A DNA stretch of 64,000 bases from an uncultured Spirochaetota bacterium (GTDB taxonomy: Bacteria; Spirochaetota; Brevinematia; Brevinematales; JAOACQ01). The stretch spans positions 160,001-224,000 of the forward strand of contig CAVYGN010000002.1 in the NCBI GenBank assembly GCA_963768055.1, read 5' to 3'. A model generated the notes under the pieces. The model did not search any database. It was not told the origin of the DNA and worked only from the letters and a program-made list of their open reading frames with translations. The stretch's first letter is position 1. Each line of letters starts with the position of its first letter. The position numbers were made by a program, and so were the translations under genes. This document shows, piece after piece, positions 1 through 9,546 of the stretch.

Positions 1-6
1 TGCCGA

Positions 7-534
7 CTAATTCTCAAAATCCTCCAAAACGCTTTTCAGCCACTCCAGCTCCGCGTTGATGTGATATTCCGAATGAGAAAATACCGCCCTTGCGAATTTC
101 GGGACTCCGGATCGGGATAACTGGCTTTTCTTATGCTCAGCCAGGTATCCGATAATATTTTCAATTACACTTATACGCTTTTTTATATAATCTTTAACAT
201 CTCCGGGAGGGAGTTCGCCGGAAAAGAAAATTGCTATGTCAAGCGGATAATATTCACGGTCATAGTTACTCCACATATCCCTCAGAAGGGAGAAAAAATT
301 ATCTAAACCCTTTTCAGTTATTTTATATATGCTTCTCGAAGGCCTGTTTCCCACTCTTTGCTCGCTCTCAATTTCAACCAGTCCTTCCTCGTTGAGTTTA
401 TTTAATGCAAAATATATCGAACCGAAGGCGATTGAAGTCCAGTCTCCCATGTGATTCTCTATGATACGCTTCAATTCATATCCGTAAAGAGGTTTTTCCT
501 TAAGGAGCCCTAAAATCACAACTTTCGTCGACAT
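7..534 (-). CDS. PadR-family transcriptional regulator
   Basis: ILGLL..KPLYGYEL...GSIYFALNKL..EGLV...R.IY.ITEKG PadR signature; start at Met10 of the track ORF, after GAGG RBS (541-546). Confidence 0.9.
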   Translation of the reverse strand: MSTKVVILGLLKEKPLYGYELKRIIENHMGDWTSIAFGSIYFALNKLNEEGLVEIESEQRVGNRPSRSIYKITEKGLDNFFSLLRDMWSNYDREYYPLDIAIFFSGELPPGDVKDYIKKRISVIENIIGYLAEHKKSQLSRSGVPKFARAVFSHSEYHINAELEWLKSVLEDFEN

Positions 535-554
535 TAAATTAACCTCTTTTATCT

Positions 555-598
555 TATACAATCTTGTATATTATAGATTATATATTTCATTTTGTCAA
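555..598 (-). promoter_or_regulatory. sigma70 promoter (TTGACA-17-TATAAT) with adjacent palindromic operator TATACAA-N2-TTGTATA
   Basis: Minus strand TTGACA (598-593), 17-nt spacer, TATAAT (575-570); inverted repeat at 555-570 over the start region, a likely autoregulatory site. Confidence 0.7.
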
Positions 599-644
599 TA
601 TCTTTTCGATATAGGATTTGGCTTCCGGACAAATAGCTGCCGGC

Positions 645-1778
645 TCACCCTTTCCTGTATTCCTTTGGTGTTATTCTTCCAATAGCCTTGAAAGTCCGGT
701 TAAAATGCGTCACATTGTTGAATCCGACAGTAAAAGCTATTTCGGCTATCGTGAGATCGGTGGATGAAAGAAGGCGCTTGGCCTCGGAAATCCTGACAAG
801 GTTCAAGTATTGTTTGAAACCGAGTTTGAAAAATTTCTTTAGAATATACCCGATCCTGTCGGGATGAATGCCCAATTCATGAGCCATTTTGAATTGCGTC
901 AGATCCGGCTCGCCGTATGACCCGGCTAAATATTGAATTATCTTTTCCTTTTCACTGTCCGCCCTGTTTTTAACATCCTTTTTTTCATAAGCGATCATTA
1001 TAGCGGCGGACTTTTTCCTTTTTATCAGAAAAAATAAATAAGAGCTTATAAAAGAATACAATCCTACTCCGGCAAAAATACGGAGGAATAATAGAAAATG
1101 ATCCTGCCTGATCCTGAGTCCGCTAAGAGTAAATCCCGCCTTCTCGCCGACCGGGGCGTTGAAGCCCATCTGGATTTCAAGCCATATAATTTGCGAATAA
1201 TCGCGATACTTTGAAAAACTTTCGCGAATATGATTATAGGCGTACCACCATGCCTGGATCTGAAAATCCTTGAGGGGTAAATTATAGACATTCTTAGCAT
1301 TATCCAGAACACACTCGTACATCATGATATCGTAGCTCAGGACATTATGTTCCGTTGTTATCCTGTTATCGAAATTAAAGAAACTGAACTGAAGACTGCG
1401 GCTCCCGTAATCTTTCACTTCCACCTGAACATAATCATAGCCGTTTAAATCCAGTAATTTCAATTCGCCTAATCTAATCCAGAACCCGATAAACGGGGCA
1501 TACGGTATATAAGGAATATACGGATATAAATCGTAAGCCTTTTTAATTTTGTATTCAAGGTTGACGGTTTTATCATCAGCTTCAAAACCGAGGATATCCG
1601 CCTGATCATAAGAGTAGTCCCAATTATGCCCTGTAATCTGATAACCTTCAACGTTCGGAATGACGATTATATCGGCTTTATATGTTTTTAATAAATAATA
1701 AATCCCCGCGGAAGCAGGCAGGACAATCATAACAAAAGCAGTTATAAAGGGTTTTATCAATCTTTTCAATCCCGGCAT
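645..1778 (-). CDS. Membrane-anchored AraC-family regulator with an extracytoplasmic (CIA30/CBM11-like) sensor domain
   Basis: Two hydrophobic segments flank a ~200 aa domain; C-terminal AraC HTH (RISEAKRLL..TDLTIAEIAFTVGFNNVTHFNRTFK...TPKEYR). Confidence 0.8.
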   Translation of the reverse strand: MPGLKRLIKPFITAFVMIVLPASAGIYYLLKTYKADIIVIPNVEGYQITGHNWDYSYDQADILGFEADDKTVNLEYKIKKAYDLYPYIPYIPYAPFIGFWIRLGELKLLDLNGYDYVQVEVKDYGSRSLQFSFFNFDNRITTEHNVLSYDIMMYECVLDNAKNVYNLPLKDFQIQAWWYAYNHIRESFSKYRDYSQIIWLEIQMGFNAPVGEKAGFTLSGLRIRQDHFLLFLRIFAGVGLYSFISSYLFFLIKRKKSAAIMIAYEKKDVKNRADSEKEKIIQYLAGSYGEPDLTQFKMAHELGIHPDRIGYILKKFFKLGFKQYLNLVRISEAKRLLSSTDLTIAEIAFTVGFNNVTHFNRTFKAIGRITPKEYRKG

Positions 1779-1886
1779 AAGCAGATTTTAGACAAAAACA
1801 AGGAAAATGTAAATTATTTCAGTCCAAAATGTTTAGGAAATATGCAATTTAATTGTTAGAATATTAATAATCATCCAGGAGGTCAT

Positions 1887-3281
1887 ATGAGATTGGATCT
1901 AAATTTTTTCAGGGCGGCTTTAACCATTGCCCTGTTCGCTTTTTCAGGCTGTTCGGGAACCCCCGATGATAAGAAAATTTCATCTATAATCGGCGGTTTT
2001 AAATGGTCGGGCTTTTATACATTCAGCATGGAGCTTGACGGCATTAAAGCGTATTTCGACCCCAACCCGGCAGAGATTTTAAAACCCCTCGGCAAAGCCG
2101 ATTATTACAAGGCCGGGATTATTTTCATCACACATGACAACAGCCATCTTGGCGATGCGGATGTCAAATCCATGCTTGAGGTGCTTACAAACAGCTTGAC
2201 CATTATTGTTATGCCGGTACAGGAGGCATTGTATTTAACAAACAGGAATTCCGGCTTTAATGTCATGGGACTTTTACCAGGAGAAAGCGGGAGGATAGGA
2301 GAACTTCATATCCAAACAGTCCCCGCATACGATACCATATTAAAGCTTATTGCGGTTGCCGATCATCCGCGCTCAAACAACTGGCTCGGATATATAATTT
2401 CAACAGGCGGGATCAGGATCTATTACACAGGTGCGTCCCAACTTATACCTGAAATGAGGGGCATCCGCTGCGATATTCTCATCGCCAATATTTACCTGAA
2501 GCCGGACGACATGTCCGGCCTTGTCACATTGGCACAATGGACCGGCGCGAAAGCAGTGATCCCTGTTGGGTATGCCCCGAACGGAGCTTATACAGAACAG
2601 CTTGAGCAGGTAAAGAAAGTTTTGTCCGGCAGGTGCTCGGTGATCATGCCGGAGATAGATACTGCCGAAGAGACCCTGTTCGACGCAGCAGCGAAAGGCG
2701 ATATCGAGTTTATCAAGAATTATCAGGGTAATGTCAACTCGATGAATAATTACGGCTGGACTGCAATAATAACCGCGGCCTATTACGGACAAACGGACTC
2801 TATTAAAGCCCTGATCGCTGCAGGGGCCGATGTCAAAACGGCGGATAAAGAGGGCAATACTGTTTTAATGATCGCCTCCCAGTATGGCCATACCGCCGCA
2901 GTTAAAGTCCTGATTGCAGCAGGGTCTGATGTAAATGCCGCTCATGAAAACGGCTGGATGCCTTTAATGAGGCCTGCCGAAGCCGCAAGCAATCATCCGG
3001 GCGGCGGTACTGCTTTAATGAACGCGGCCAGATTCGGGCATACGGACACTGTTAAAGCTTTGATCGATGCCGGTGCCGATGTTAACGCGGTGCGTTTCGA
3101 CGGCAAAACGGCTTTGATGGAAGCGGCCTACTACGGCTTTACCGGCACAGTTACAGCCCTGATAAAGGCCGGGGCAAATGTAAGCATGACCGATCATTAC
3201 GGAAGGACCGCTCTGATTTACGCAGCCTATAACAAGCATATTGACACGGTTAAAGTTTTGAAAGACGCAGGCGGGAAATAA
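1887..3281 (+). CDS. Lipoprotein: degenerate metallo-beta-lactamase-fold domain fused to ankyrin repeats
   Basis: Lipobox FSGC; AYFDP, IFITH, VPAYD, HPR..WLGY MBL-fold motifs; C-terminal G.TALM.AA..GH ankyrin repeats. Confidence 0.8.
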   Translation: MRLDLNFFRAALTIALFAFSGCSGTPDDKKISSIIGGFKWSGFYTFSMELDGIKAYFDPNPAEILKPLGKADYYKAGIIFITHDNSHLGDADVKSMLEVLTNSLTIIVMPVQEALYLTNRNSGFNVMGLLPGESGRIGELHIQTVPAYDTILKLIAVADHPRSNNWLGYIISTGGIRIYYTGASQLIPEMRGIRCDILIANIYLKPDDMSGLVTLAQWTGAKAVIPVGYAPNGAYTEQLEQVKKVLSGRCSVIMPEIDTAEETLFDAAAKGDIEFIKNYQGNVNSMNNYGWTAIITAAYYGQTDSIKALIAAGADVKTADKEGNTVLMIASQYGHTAAVKVLIAAGSDVNAAHENGWMPLMRPAEAASNHPGGGTALMNAARFGHTDTVKALIDAGADVNAVRFDGKTALMEAAYYGFTGTVTALIKAGANVSMTDHYGRTALIYAAYNKHIDTVKVLKDAGGK

Positions 3282-3307
3282 ACTTTTAGGGATGAAGAAA
3301 TTTATTA

Positions 3308-4918
3308 TTGAAAGAAGTGATTATGAAATGCTTAATAAAGATTATTCCTATATCGGCGCTTATAATTATAATTCAATACATGTTTCTTTTTTGCAGTAAT
3401 TATCCCGATACCGCATATTGGCCTAAAGAAAATTGGCGTACTTCTACTCCGGAGGAACAGGGTATAGACCCTGAGAAAATTTATCAGATGCTGAAGTTTT
3501 TAAAAGCAACTGAAAACATGCACTCAATCCTTATTATTCGTAACGGATATCTTGTAACCGAAACCTATTTCAGCCCGTACCGCAAAAATATTAGAGAATC
3601 CATTATTTCTCCAGTTAACAGCATTATTTCCGCTTTAGTCGGGATCGCGATACAGAAGGGTTATATTAAGGATGCAAATCAGAAGGTGTTGAATTTTTTC
3701 CCTGAATATTCGTTTTCAAACGTTACTGAAATGAAGAAAGCAATGACTATCGTTAATTTGTTATCCATGACTTCGGGGCTCGATTGGCCATGGAGACAGG
3801 ATCCGGTTCTAACCGGGATTATGATGAAATCCGAAGATCCTGTCAGGTATGTTCTTGATTTCCCTATGGCCTTGGAACCGGGAACCCGTTTTAGTTATTG
3901 CGGCGGGACAGGACATATTCTTTCCGCCATTATATGTAGAACTTCCGGAAAAAGCACTCTTGACTTTGCAGACGAATATCTTTTTAAACCTCTGGGCATC
4001 CATGGCGCCGTATGGCCTGCGGACACGTCCGGTATTAATTGGGGAGGTTTCGGGTTATGTCTAAGCCCCCTTGAATTAGCCAGATTCGGGTACCTCTACC
4101 TGCGCCATGGTGTCTGGGAAGGTAAACAATTGGTTCCCGCGGAATGGATTGAAGAATCGACAAAAAAACAGGTTAATTGGGATTTCTTTACAGAAGATAA
4201 TATTGAATACGGCTACAACTGGTGGATAGAACCTTTCGGTTATTCAGCCAGGGGATGGAGCGGCAATTATCTTTTTGTAATACCCGGGCTGGATATGGTA
4301 ATAGTTTTTACTGGAGAGAGCAGATATTTCACCCTTCATCAATCTCCTCCTCAGGTCACATCATTCAGAGGAGAATTCCGCGATACCGCACCTAACCGCT
4401 TTTTTTCACAATTGGTTTCCATGTATATTATTCCTTCTGTTAAATCCGTCAAGCCCCTTCCTCCTGATGAAAAAACCGACAGGGATATCAAAAACCTGAT
4501 TAAGGAAACCGAAAACCCGAAAGTTATTCCTGTGTTTCCGCTACCGGCGGAGGCTTATAAAATATCCGGTAAAACGATCGAATGCGGATCGAATGAGATG
4601 CACATCAATTCCTGTATCATGCATTTCGAACAAACGAATACATGTTTTATTACAATTTCATATGCCGGCGGCGGGGTGTATACCTTCGCCGCAGGACTGG
4701 ACGGTGTTTACCGGGCTTCAAAAATCCCGGGCCCGGTTGAAACAGCCTATAAGGGCGCCTGGATAGACGACTTTACTTTTATAATCGATGAGCAGGAATT
4801 ATGGGAATCTGAACGCTTGTTTTTAAGCTTTACTTTTGCCGGTAATACCGTTTCGATTGATGTGTCCGGCTCTGTCAGCGGACATTATGAGACTATTAAA
4901 GGGGTATTAAAAGATTAA
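3308..4918 (+). CDS. Beta-lactamase-like serine hydrolase family protein (class C / 6-aminohexanoate-dimer hydrolase-like)
   Basis: WP...W..STPEEQGID, HSILIIRNGYLVTE, LLSMTSGL, PG.RFSY, LF.PLGI, YGYNWW; SxxK is altered to SPVN; start may be ATG 3323. Confidence 0.85.
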   Translation: MKEVIMKCLIKIIPISALIIIIQYMFLFCSNYPDTAYWPKENWRTSTPEEQGIDPEKIYQMLKFLKATENMHSILIIRNGYLVTETYFSPYRKNIRESIISPVNSIISALVGIAIQKGYIKDANQKVLNFFPEYSFSNVTEMKKAMTIVNLLSMTSGLDWPWRQDPVLTGIMMKSEDPVRYVLDFPMALEPGTRFSYCGGTGHILSAIICRTSGKSTLDFADEYLFKPLGIHGAVWPADTSGINWGGFGLCLSPLELARFGYLYLRHGVWEGKQLVPAEWIEESTKKQVNWDFFTEDNIEYGYNWWIEPFGYSARGWSGNYLFVIPGLDMVIVFTGESRYFTLHQSPPQVTSFRGEFRDTAPNRFFSQLVSMYIIPSVKSVKPLPPDEKTDRDIKNLIKETENPKVIPVFPLPAEAYKISGKTIECGSNEMHINSCIMHFEQTNTCFITISYAGGGVYTFAAGLDGVYRASKIPGPVETAYKGAWIDDFTFIIDEQELWESERLFLSFTFAGNTVSIDVSGSVSGHYETIKGVLKD

Positions 4919-4975
4919 TAAAAGCCTCTTATGTCATAACAAATCTTTGAAATTTATTTTAGGAGGAATATCAAT

Positions 4976-5974
4976 ATGAAAAGTTGGTTGATTTCTATAT
5001 TGCTCACAATCCCCACTTTCATTTTCCCTGAAGAGACCCTTTTCGACGCGGCATCGAATGGCGACTCCAATTATATCTCTTCTTACATTTCAAACGGCGG
5101 AGATATCAACGCAAAAAACCTCACGAAAGACTATTTCGGCTGGAGCGCGTTGATGTTCGCCGTAGAATCCGGCAATGCCGGTACAGTCAAACTGCTGATA
5201 GGTGCTAAAGCCGATGTAAACTTAGAAGAACGTGTCTCTTACTCGACTCCGTTAATGTGCGCGGTCGATAACAATTTCACAAATATTATGAGACTGCTCC
5301 TCGGCGCCGGGGCGGACATTAATGCAAAGGACTCTTCAGGCTGGACAGCTTTGATGCATGCCGCCGCAGAGGGTTACATCGACGCAGCTAAAATTTTAAT
5401 TGAAACCGGGGCCGATATAAACACAGAAAATAACGACGGCTGGACCGCCTTGTCTTTCGCGTCATGGAACAAGCATGGAGATATTGTAAAAATCCTGAAA
5501 GACGCGGGGGAAACCCTGCTTGACGCTGCTACTAACGGCGATGTTTCGTTTATTAAAAATTTCAAGGGAAATATCGATCAGCCGCTGAATAATTACAGCA
5601 ATACCGCTTTAATGTTCGCGGTTCTCAAAGGCCAAAATGAGATTGTCAAAGCTCTTATAGTCCTTAAAGCCGATGTCAATGCAAAAACGATCAATGGCGA
5701 TACTGCATTAATGATTGCCTCAGAGAATGGAAAAACCGAAATCGTCAAAGAATTGATCGAAGCGGGGGCGGATATAAATGCGGCAAATTTTCACGATGTT
5801 ACGGCTTTAATGAACGCGGCCTTAAACGGTCAAATGGAGATTGTGAAATTATTGATCGGGGCAAAGGCCGATTTAAATAAAAAGAATGAATACGAATATT
5901 CCGCTTTGATGCTGGCCGATAAATACGGACACAAAGATATAGCCGATATTCTTAAAAAAGCAGGGGCGAAATAA
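4976..5974 (+). CDS. Secreted ankyrin-repeat protein (two tandem ankyrin modules)
   Basis: AGGAGG RBS, signal peptide, repeated GWTALM.AA / GADIN motifs. Confidence 0.9.
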   Translation: MKSWLISILLTIPTFIFPEETLFDAASNGDSNYISSYISNGGDINAKNLTKDYFGWSALMFAVESGNAGTVKLLIGAKADVNLEERVSYSTPLMCAVDNNFTNIMRLLLGAGADINAKDSSGWTALMHAAAEGYIDAAKILIETGADINTENNDGWTALSFASWNKHGDIVKILKDAGETLLDAATNGDVSFIKNFKGNIDQPLNNYSNTALMFAVLKGQNEIVKALIVLKADVNAKTINGDTALMIASENGKTEIVKELIEAGADINAANFHDVTALMNAALNGQMEIVKLLIGAKADLNKKNEYEYSALMLADKYGHKDIADILKKAGAK

Positions 5975-6002
5975 GCATATTATTAATTTACCTAGCGCCA
6001 TT

Positions 6003-6031
6003 TTGCGGTGAATTGCAATCTCTGTTATAAT
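6003..6031 (+). promoter_or_regulatory. sigma70-type promoter
   Basis: TTGCGG-17-TATAAT with TG extension, upstream of GGAGG RBS. Confidence 0.55.
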
Positions 6032-6045
6032 TCTACCCGGAGGAA

Positions 6046-6414
6046 TTGATGCTTCGCGTTTTATGCACTGCGTTAATAGCAGCTTTATTGTTTGTATCCT
6101 GCGGCGCTTATAAAAAACCTTCTCCCATAGAAATCAGCCGGATAATAATGGAGGAGTCGACTGTTTCAGGAGTAAAAATCTCCGAAGCCAAGATCGTACA
6201 GGACTTATTTGAAAAAAGGGACATGATTTTAAAAGTCAGGCTTAAAATCGGCGTTACGGCTCAACAAAACATAATAGCTCACTTCAAGAAAGGCAGGAAG
6301 GATTTTATGCCCGACTTCGTTTTCATGAAAAAGGGCGATCGGAGGATCATCGATGCCGACGCTGTGCTGGCGTACGGGTCTGATAAAAAATGGCATTTGA
6401 AAGAGTATTACTAA
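6046..6414 (+). CDS. Hypothetical lipoprotein
   Basis: GGAGG RBS, lipobox FVSC. Confidence 0.65.
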   Translation: MMLRVLCTALIAALLFVSCGAYKKPSPIEISRIIMEESTVSGVKISEAKIVQDLFEKRDMILKVRLKIGVTAQQNIIAHFKKGRKDFMPDFVFMKKGDRRIIDADAVLAYGSDKKWHLKEYY

Positions 6415-6437
6415 ATTGTAACCGCGGATCAGGTTAT

Positions 6438-7064
6438 ATGAATACGAAGAATATCAAACTTATTATCTTCGACCTGGGCAATGTCGTCATAAAAATTTCT
6501 TTCGATAAAATGTACCGGTTCTGGGCGGAAATCCTCAATATGGATTACAGCCAGGCCGTAAGCCGCTTTCATTTCGATAGTTTCTATGAGAGCTTTGAAA
6601 GAGGAGAAATCGATGGAGGGGCTTATTACAGGCATGTCAATACATGTTTAGGCGGGAAATTATCATTTGAAAATTTTATTACGGGATGGAATTCAATTTA
6701 CATTGGAATAGTCCCCGGTATAAAAACCCTCCTCTTAAGGCTTAAGAAAAATTATAAAATCATAGCTCTTACAAACACGAATGAGCTTCACCATCCCATG
6801 TGGAAAGAGCTTTACAAGGACGTACTCGCCTGCTTCGACTTCATATATTGTTCTTTCGAACTGAAAATGAGAAAACCTGATAAAGCAATATTCAACTACA
6901 TACTTAGGGCAAACGGGGTTAAACCGGAAGAAGCCCTTTTTCTCGACGATAATGAAGATAATATAAAACAGGCAGTCTCAATGGGGATATCCTCCATTTT
7001 AGCCGGTCCATCAATAAATATCGTTGAAAAGCTTGATCAATACCTTAGCATAACAATTTCATAA
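6438..7064 (+). CDS. HAD-family phosphatase (YihX-like)
   Basis: IIFDLGNV motif I, LTNTN, KP, FLDD motif IV. Confidence 0.9.
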   Translation: MNTKNIKLIIFDLGNVVIKISFDKMYRFWAEILNMDYSQAVSRFHFDSFYESFERGEIDGGAYYRHVNTCLGGKLSFENFITGWNSIYIGIVPGIKTLLLRLKKNYKIIALTNTNELHHPMWKELYKDVLACFDFIYCSFELKMRKPDKAIFNYILRANGVKPEEALFLDDNEDNIKQAVSMGISSILAGPSINIVEKLDQYLSITIS

Positions 7065-7117
7065 GGGCGGTTCTAATAACTGTCTTTCTTATTAACTCAT
7101 AAATTATAATAGACAGG
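7064..7117. mobile_element. Solo end of the AGGGCRGTTCTAATAAC MITE family
   Basis: AGGGCGGTTCTAATAAC starts on the HAD stop codon; matches the ends at 11521-11538, 24803/24914 and 53757/53868. Confidence 0.55.
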
Positions 7118-7254
7118 CTTTTCGTCCTTTGCATCCATGATGTCTTTAAACTTAGCATCATTTTCCATCCGATATTAATGAATATCGATTATCATAAAAT
7201 TATTTCATTTTTCCCGAATAATCGTTATACTTAACTGTAAGAAGGTTTATTAAA

Positions 7255-9546
7255 ATGCATAATTCCAGGTTTACGATCGGTCTTTTTATCGACGCCCTTT
7301 CAGGACTGGGGTTCTTCCAAGCGTCTGTATGGCATGGCGCTGTCAAAGCTGCCAGGCTCAGAAATGCAAATCTGTTAGTGGTAGCGGGCGGATCGATACT
7401 TAGATCTCCGATCAATAAATACGAGAATACAAGGAATAAGATCTATGATCTGATAAACGAAAATTCGATCGACGGGATCGTATTCACCGGCAGTACTATC
7501 GGTTCTTATGCGACGAAAGAGGAGGTCATGCAGTTTTGCTCAAAATACAAGTCAATGCCGATGGTAAGCGTAGGAGGACCTTTAGAGGACATTCCCAGCG
7601 TTATGGTGGATAACCGGACCGGATTTAAAAATTTGATTTCTCATCTATATGAAGTACATGGCTTAAAAAGAATAGCCTTTATCCGCGGCCCCGAGGGAAG
7701 CGGCGATGCGGCTGAACGCATGAATGTTTATAATGAAACGATGGAAAATTTAGGAATTCAAGTCGATCCTGAATTGATTTATGTCGGTGATTTTGTGGAA
7801 CCTTCGGGAGGCGACGCAGTGAAGTTCTGGCTTGATGAAAAAAAGGTCGATTTCCAGGCCATTGTAGCTTCTAACGATAGTATGGCGATAGGGGCTATGA
7901 GAGAGCTGATGAAAAGGGGTATAAAAATACCAGGTTCAATAGTTGTCACAGGTTTCGACGATACGGAAGAAGCAGCTACTTTTACCCCGCCGCTTACAAC
8001 AGTCCGGCAGCCGGTTTTCGAACAGTCGAAAAGGGCCATGGACCTGCTCCTCGATTTCCTGGAAGGAAAGGCGTCTATGTCCTGGAACGAATATCTCCCG
8101 ACCGAGACCGTAATCCGCCAATCATGCGGATGCAGCTCTGAAATTTTGCATCATTTCAATACAATCAAATTCGTAAAGTCGAAAACCGATTATAAAGCAT
8201 CGCTTAGATCTGAAAGGATGATGATCCTGGCAAATCTAACCAGTATTTTCGGTAGCGGTGCCGATTCATCAAAAGCCAAACAGATGCAGAATATCCTCGA
8301 CGCTTTTTTATCCGAGATCCTTGAAAATAATGACGGTAAATTCTTTTCAACACTGGAATCGATTATGGATGAAGTCATCAATGAAGGGGAAGATGTGTCG
8401 ATCTGGCTGAACGTGATTACCTCCCTTAGAGATTCGGCACTACCACTGATCGGAAATGAAGATGATTACTCAAGGGCTGAATGCATGTTCCAGAAAGCCC
8501 ATCTCCATGTAAGCGAACTTGAGATCCGTGTCATTTTTATCAGAAAGATCAACTCTGAAAAACGGAGCCTTAATCTCAGCATACTGGCCCAGGCCTTAGC
8601 GACAACTTTCGAATGGAAGGAACTCGAAGAGATTATGCTGAAGGAACTCCCCAGGCAGAATATCCCTTCTTTTTATATTTCACTTTACGAGGACGGCGAT
8701 AAAGGGACCGATAATTGCAGGATTTTCGCAGCCCTTGACAATAATGAGAAAGTCACACCCAACGATAATGATGTCTTTTACCCAAGCAATAAGCTTATCC
8801 CCCAGAGCCTTCTTCCGGCACAAAGAAGGTACACAATGGTTGTCGCTCCCCTCTATTTCAGGGACGATAACATCGGTTTGATCCTTATGGAACCAGGCCC
8901 TATGGAAGGCATAGTATATGAAACAATCTCGGCGCAGATCTCCGGTTCGCTTAAAGGCAGGTCGCTTGTAACGAAAAGCAGGGAAGCGGAACTGTCGCTC
9001 GAAAAGCGCAATAGTGATATAAACGGTGTTATTATGCCGATGATCGACACTATAAAGCAGGTAGCGGGTATTTCGGCCGAAAAGATGAACTTCATCCGTG
9101 AAATGGCGGGAAAGACCCAGGACAGTTACCAGAAGATAAAAGAGACCAATGATATCATAGAAAAAGCGGCATTGAACATCAAAAATATTCTTCAGATTAT
9201 AAGCATTATTAATGAAATTTCCACTACGGTAAACCTGGTAGCCCTTAACGCTTCAATCGAGGCAACCCACGCGGGAGAGTACGGCACCGGCTTCTCGATA
9301 ATAGCCAGGGAAATAAAAAAATTATCCGATTCGACCAAAAAGAATTCGGAGGAGATCGGAAGGACCCTCAAGGAAGTTGTCAAGAATGTCCAGGATTCCG
9401 TTTCGATCGGAAAGGAAAGCCTTTTATCTTTCGAAGAACAAAAGAACGGCGTTGTAACCCTCACGCAATCGCTTGAGATCATTTCAAAAAACATGGACAT
9501 CCTTTCGGAAAGCAGCAAAAAAATACTTGACGTTATGGGCCTTTAA
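7255..9546 (+). CDS. Soluble LacI-type (PBP1) sensor domain fused to a methyl-accepting chemotaxis signalling domain
   Basis: N-terminal LacI effector-domain motifs (RIAFIRGP, ASNDSMAIGA, VTGFDD, PPLTTVRQP) without an HTH; C-terminal NLVALNASIEATHAGEYGTGFSIIAREIKKLS; no TM helix. Confidence 0.85.
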   Translation: MHNSRFTIGLFIDALSGLGFFQASVWHGAVKAARLRNANLLVVAGGSILRSPINKYENTRNKIYDLINENSIDGIVFTGSTIGSYATKEEVMQFCSKYKSMPMVSVGGPLEDIPSVMVDNRTGFKNLISHLYEVHGLKRIAFIRGPEGSGDAAERMNVYNETMENLGIQVDPELIYVGDFVEPSGGDAVKFWLDEKKVDFQAIVASNDSMAIGAMRELMKRGIKIPGSIVVTGFDDTEEAATFTPPLTTVRQPVFEQSKRAMDLLLDFLEGKASMSWNEYLPTETVIRQSCGCSSEILHHFNTIKFVKSKTDYKASLRSERMMILANLTSIFGSGADSSKAKQMQNILDAFLSEILENNDGKFFSTLESIMDEVINEGEDVSIWLNVITSLRDSALPLIGNEDDYSRAECMFQKAHLHVSELEIRVIFIRKINSEKRSLNLSILAQALATTFEWKELEEIMLKELPRQNIPSFYISLYEDGDKGTDNCRIFAALDNNEKVTPNDNDVFYPSNKLIPQSLLPAQRRYTMVVAPLYFRDDNIGLILMEPGPMEGIVYETISAQISGSLKGRSLVTKSREAELSLEKRNSDINGVIMPMIDTIKQVAGISAEKMNFIREMAGKTQDSYQKIKETNDIIEKAALNIKNILQIISIINEISTTVNLVALNASIEATHAGEYGTGFSIIAREIKKLSDSTKKNSEEIGRTLKEVVKNVQDSVSIGKESLLSFEEQKNGVVTLTQSLEIISKNMDILSESSKKILDVMGL

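Noticed and set aside
7147..7175. sigma28 promoter for the LacI-MCP gene (TAAA...TCCGATAT)
   Set aside because: Spacing is 17 nt rather than 15; too weak to call
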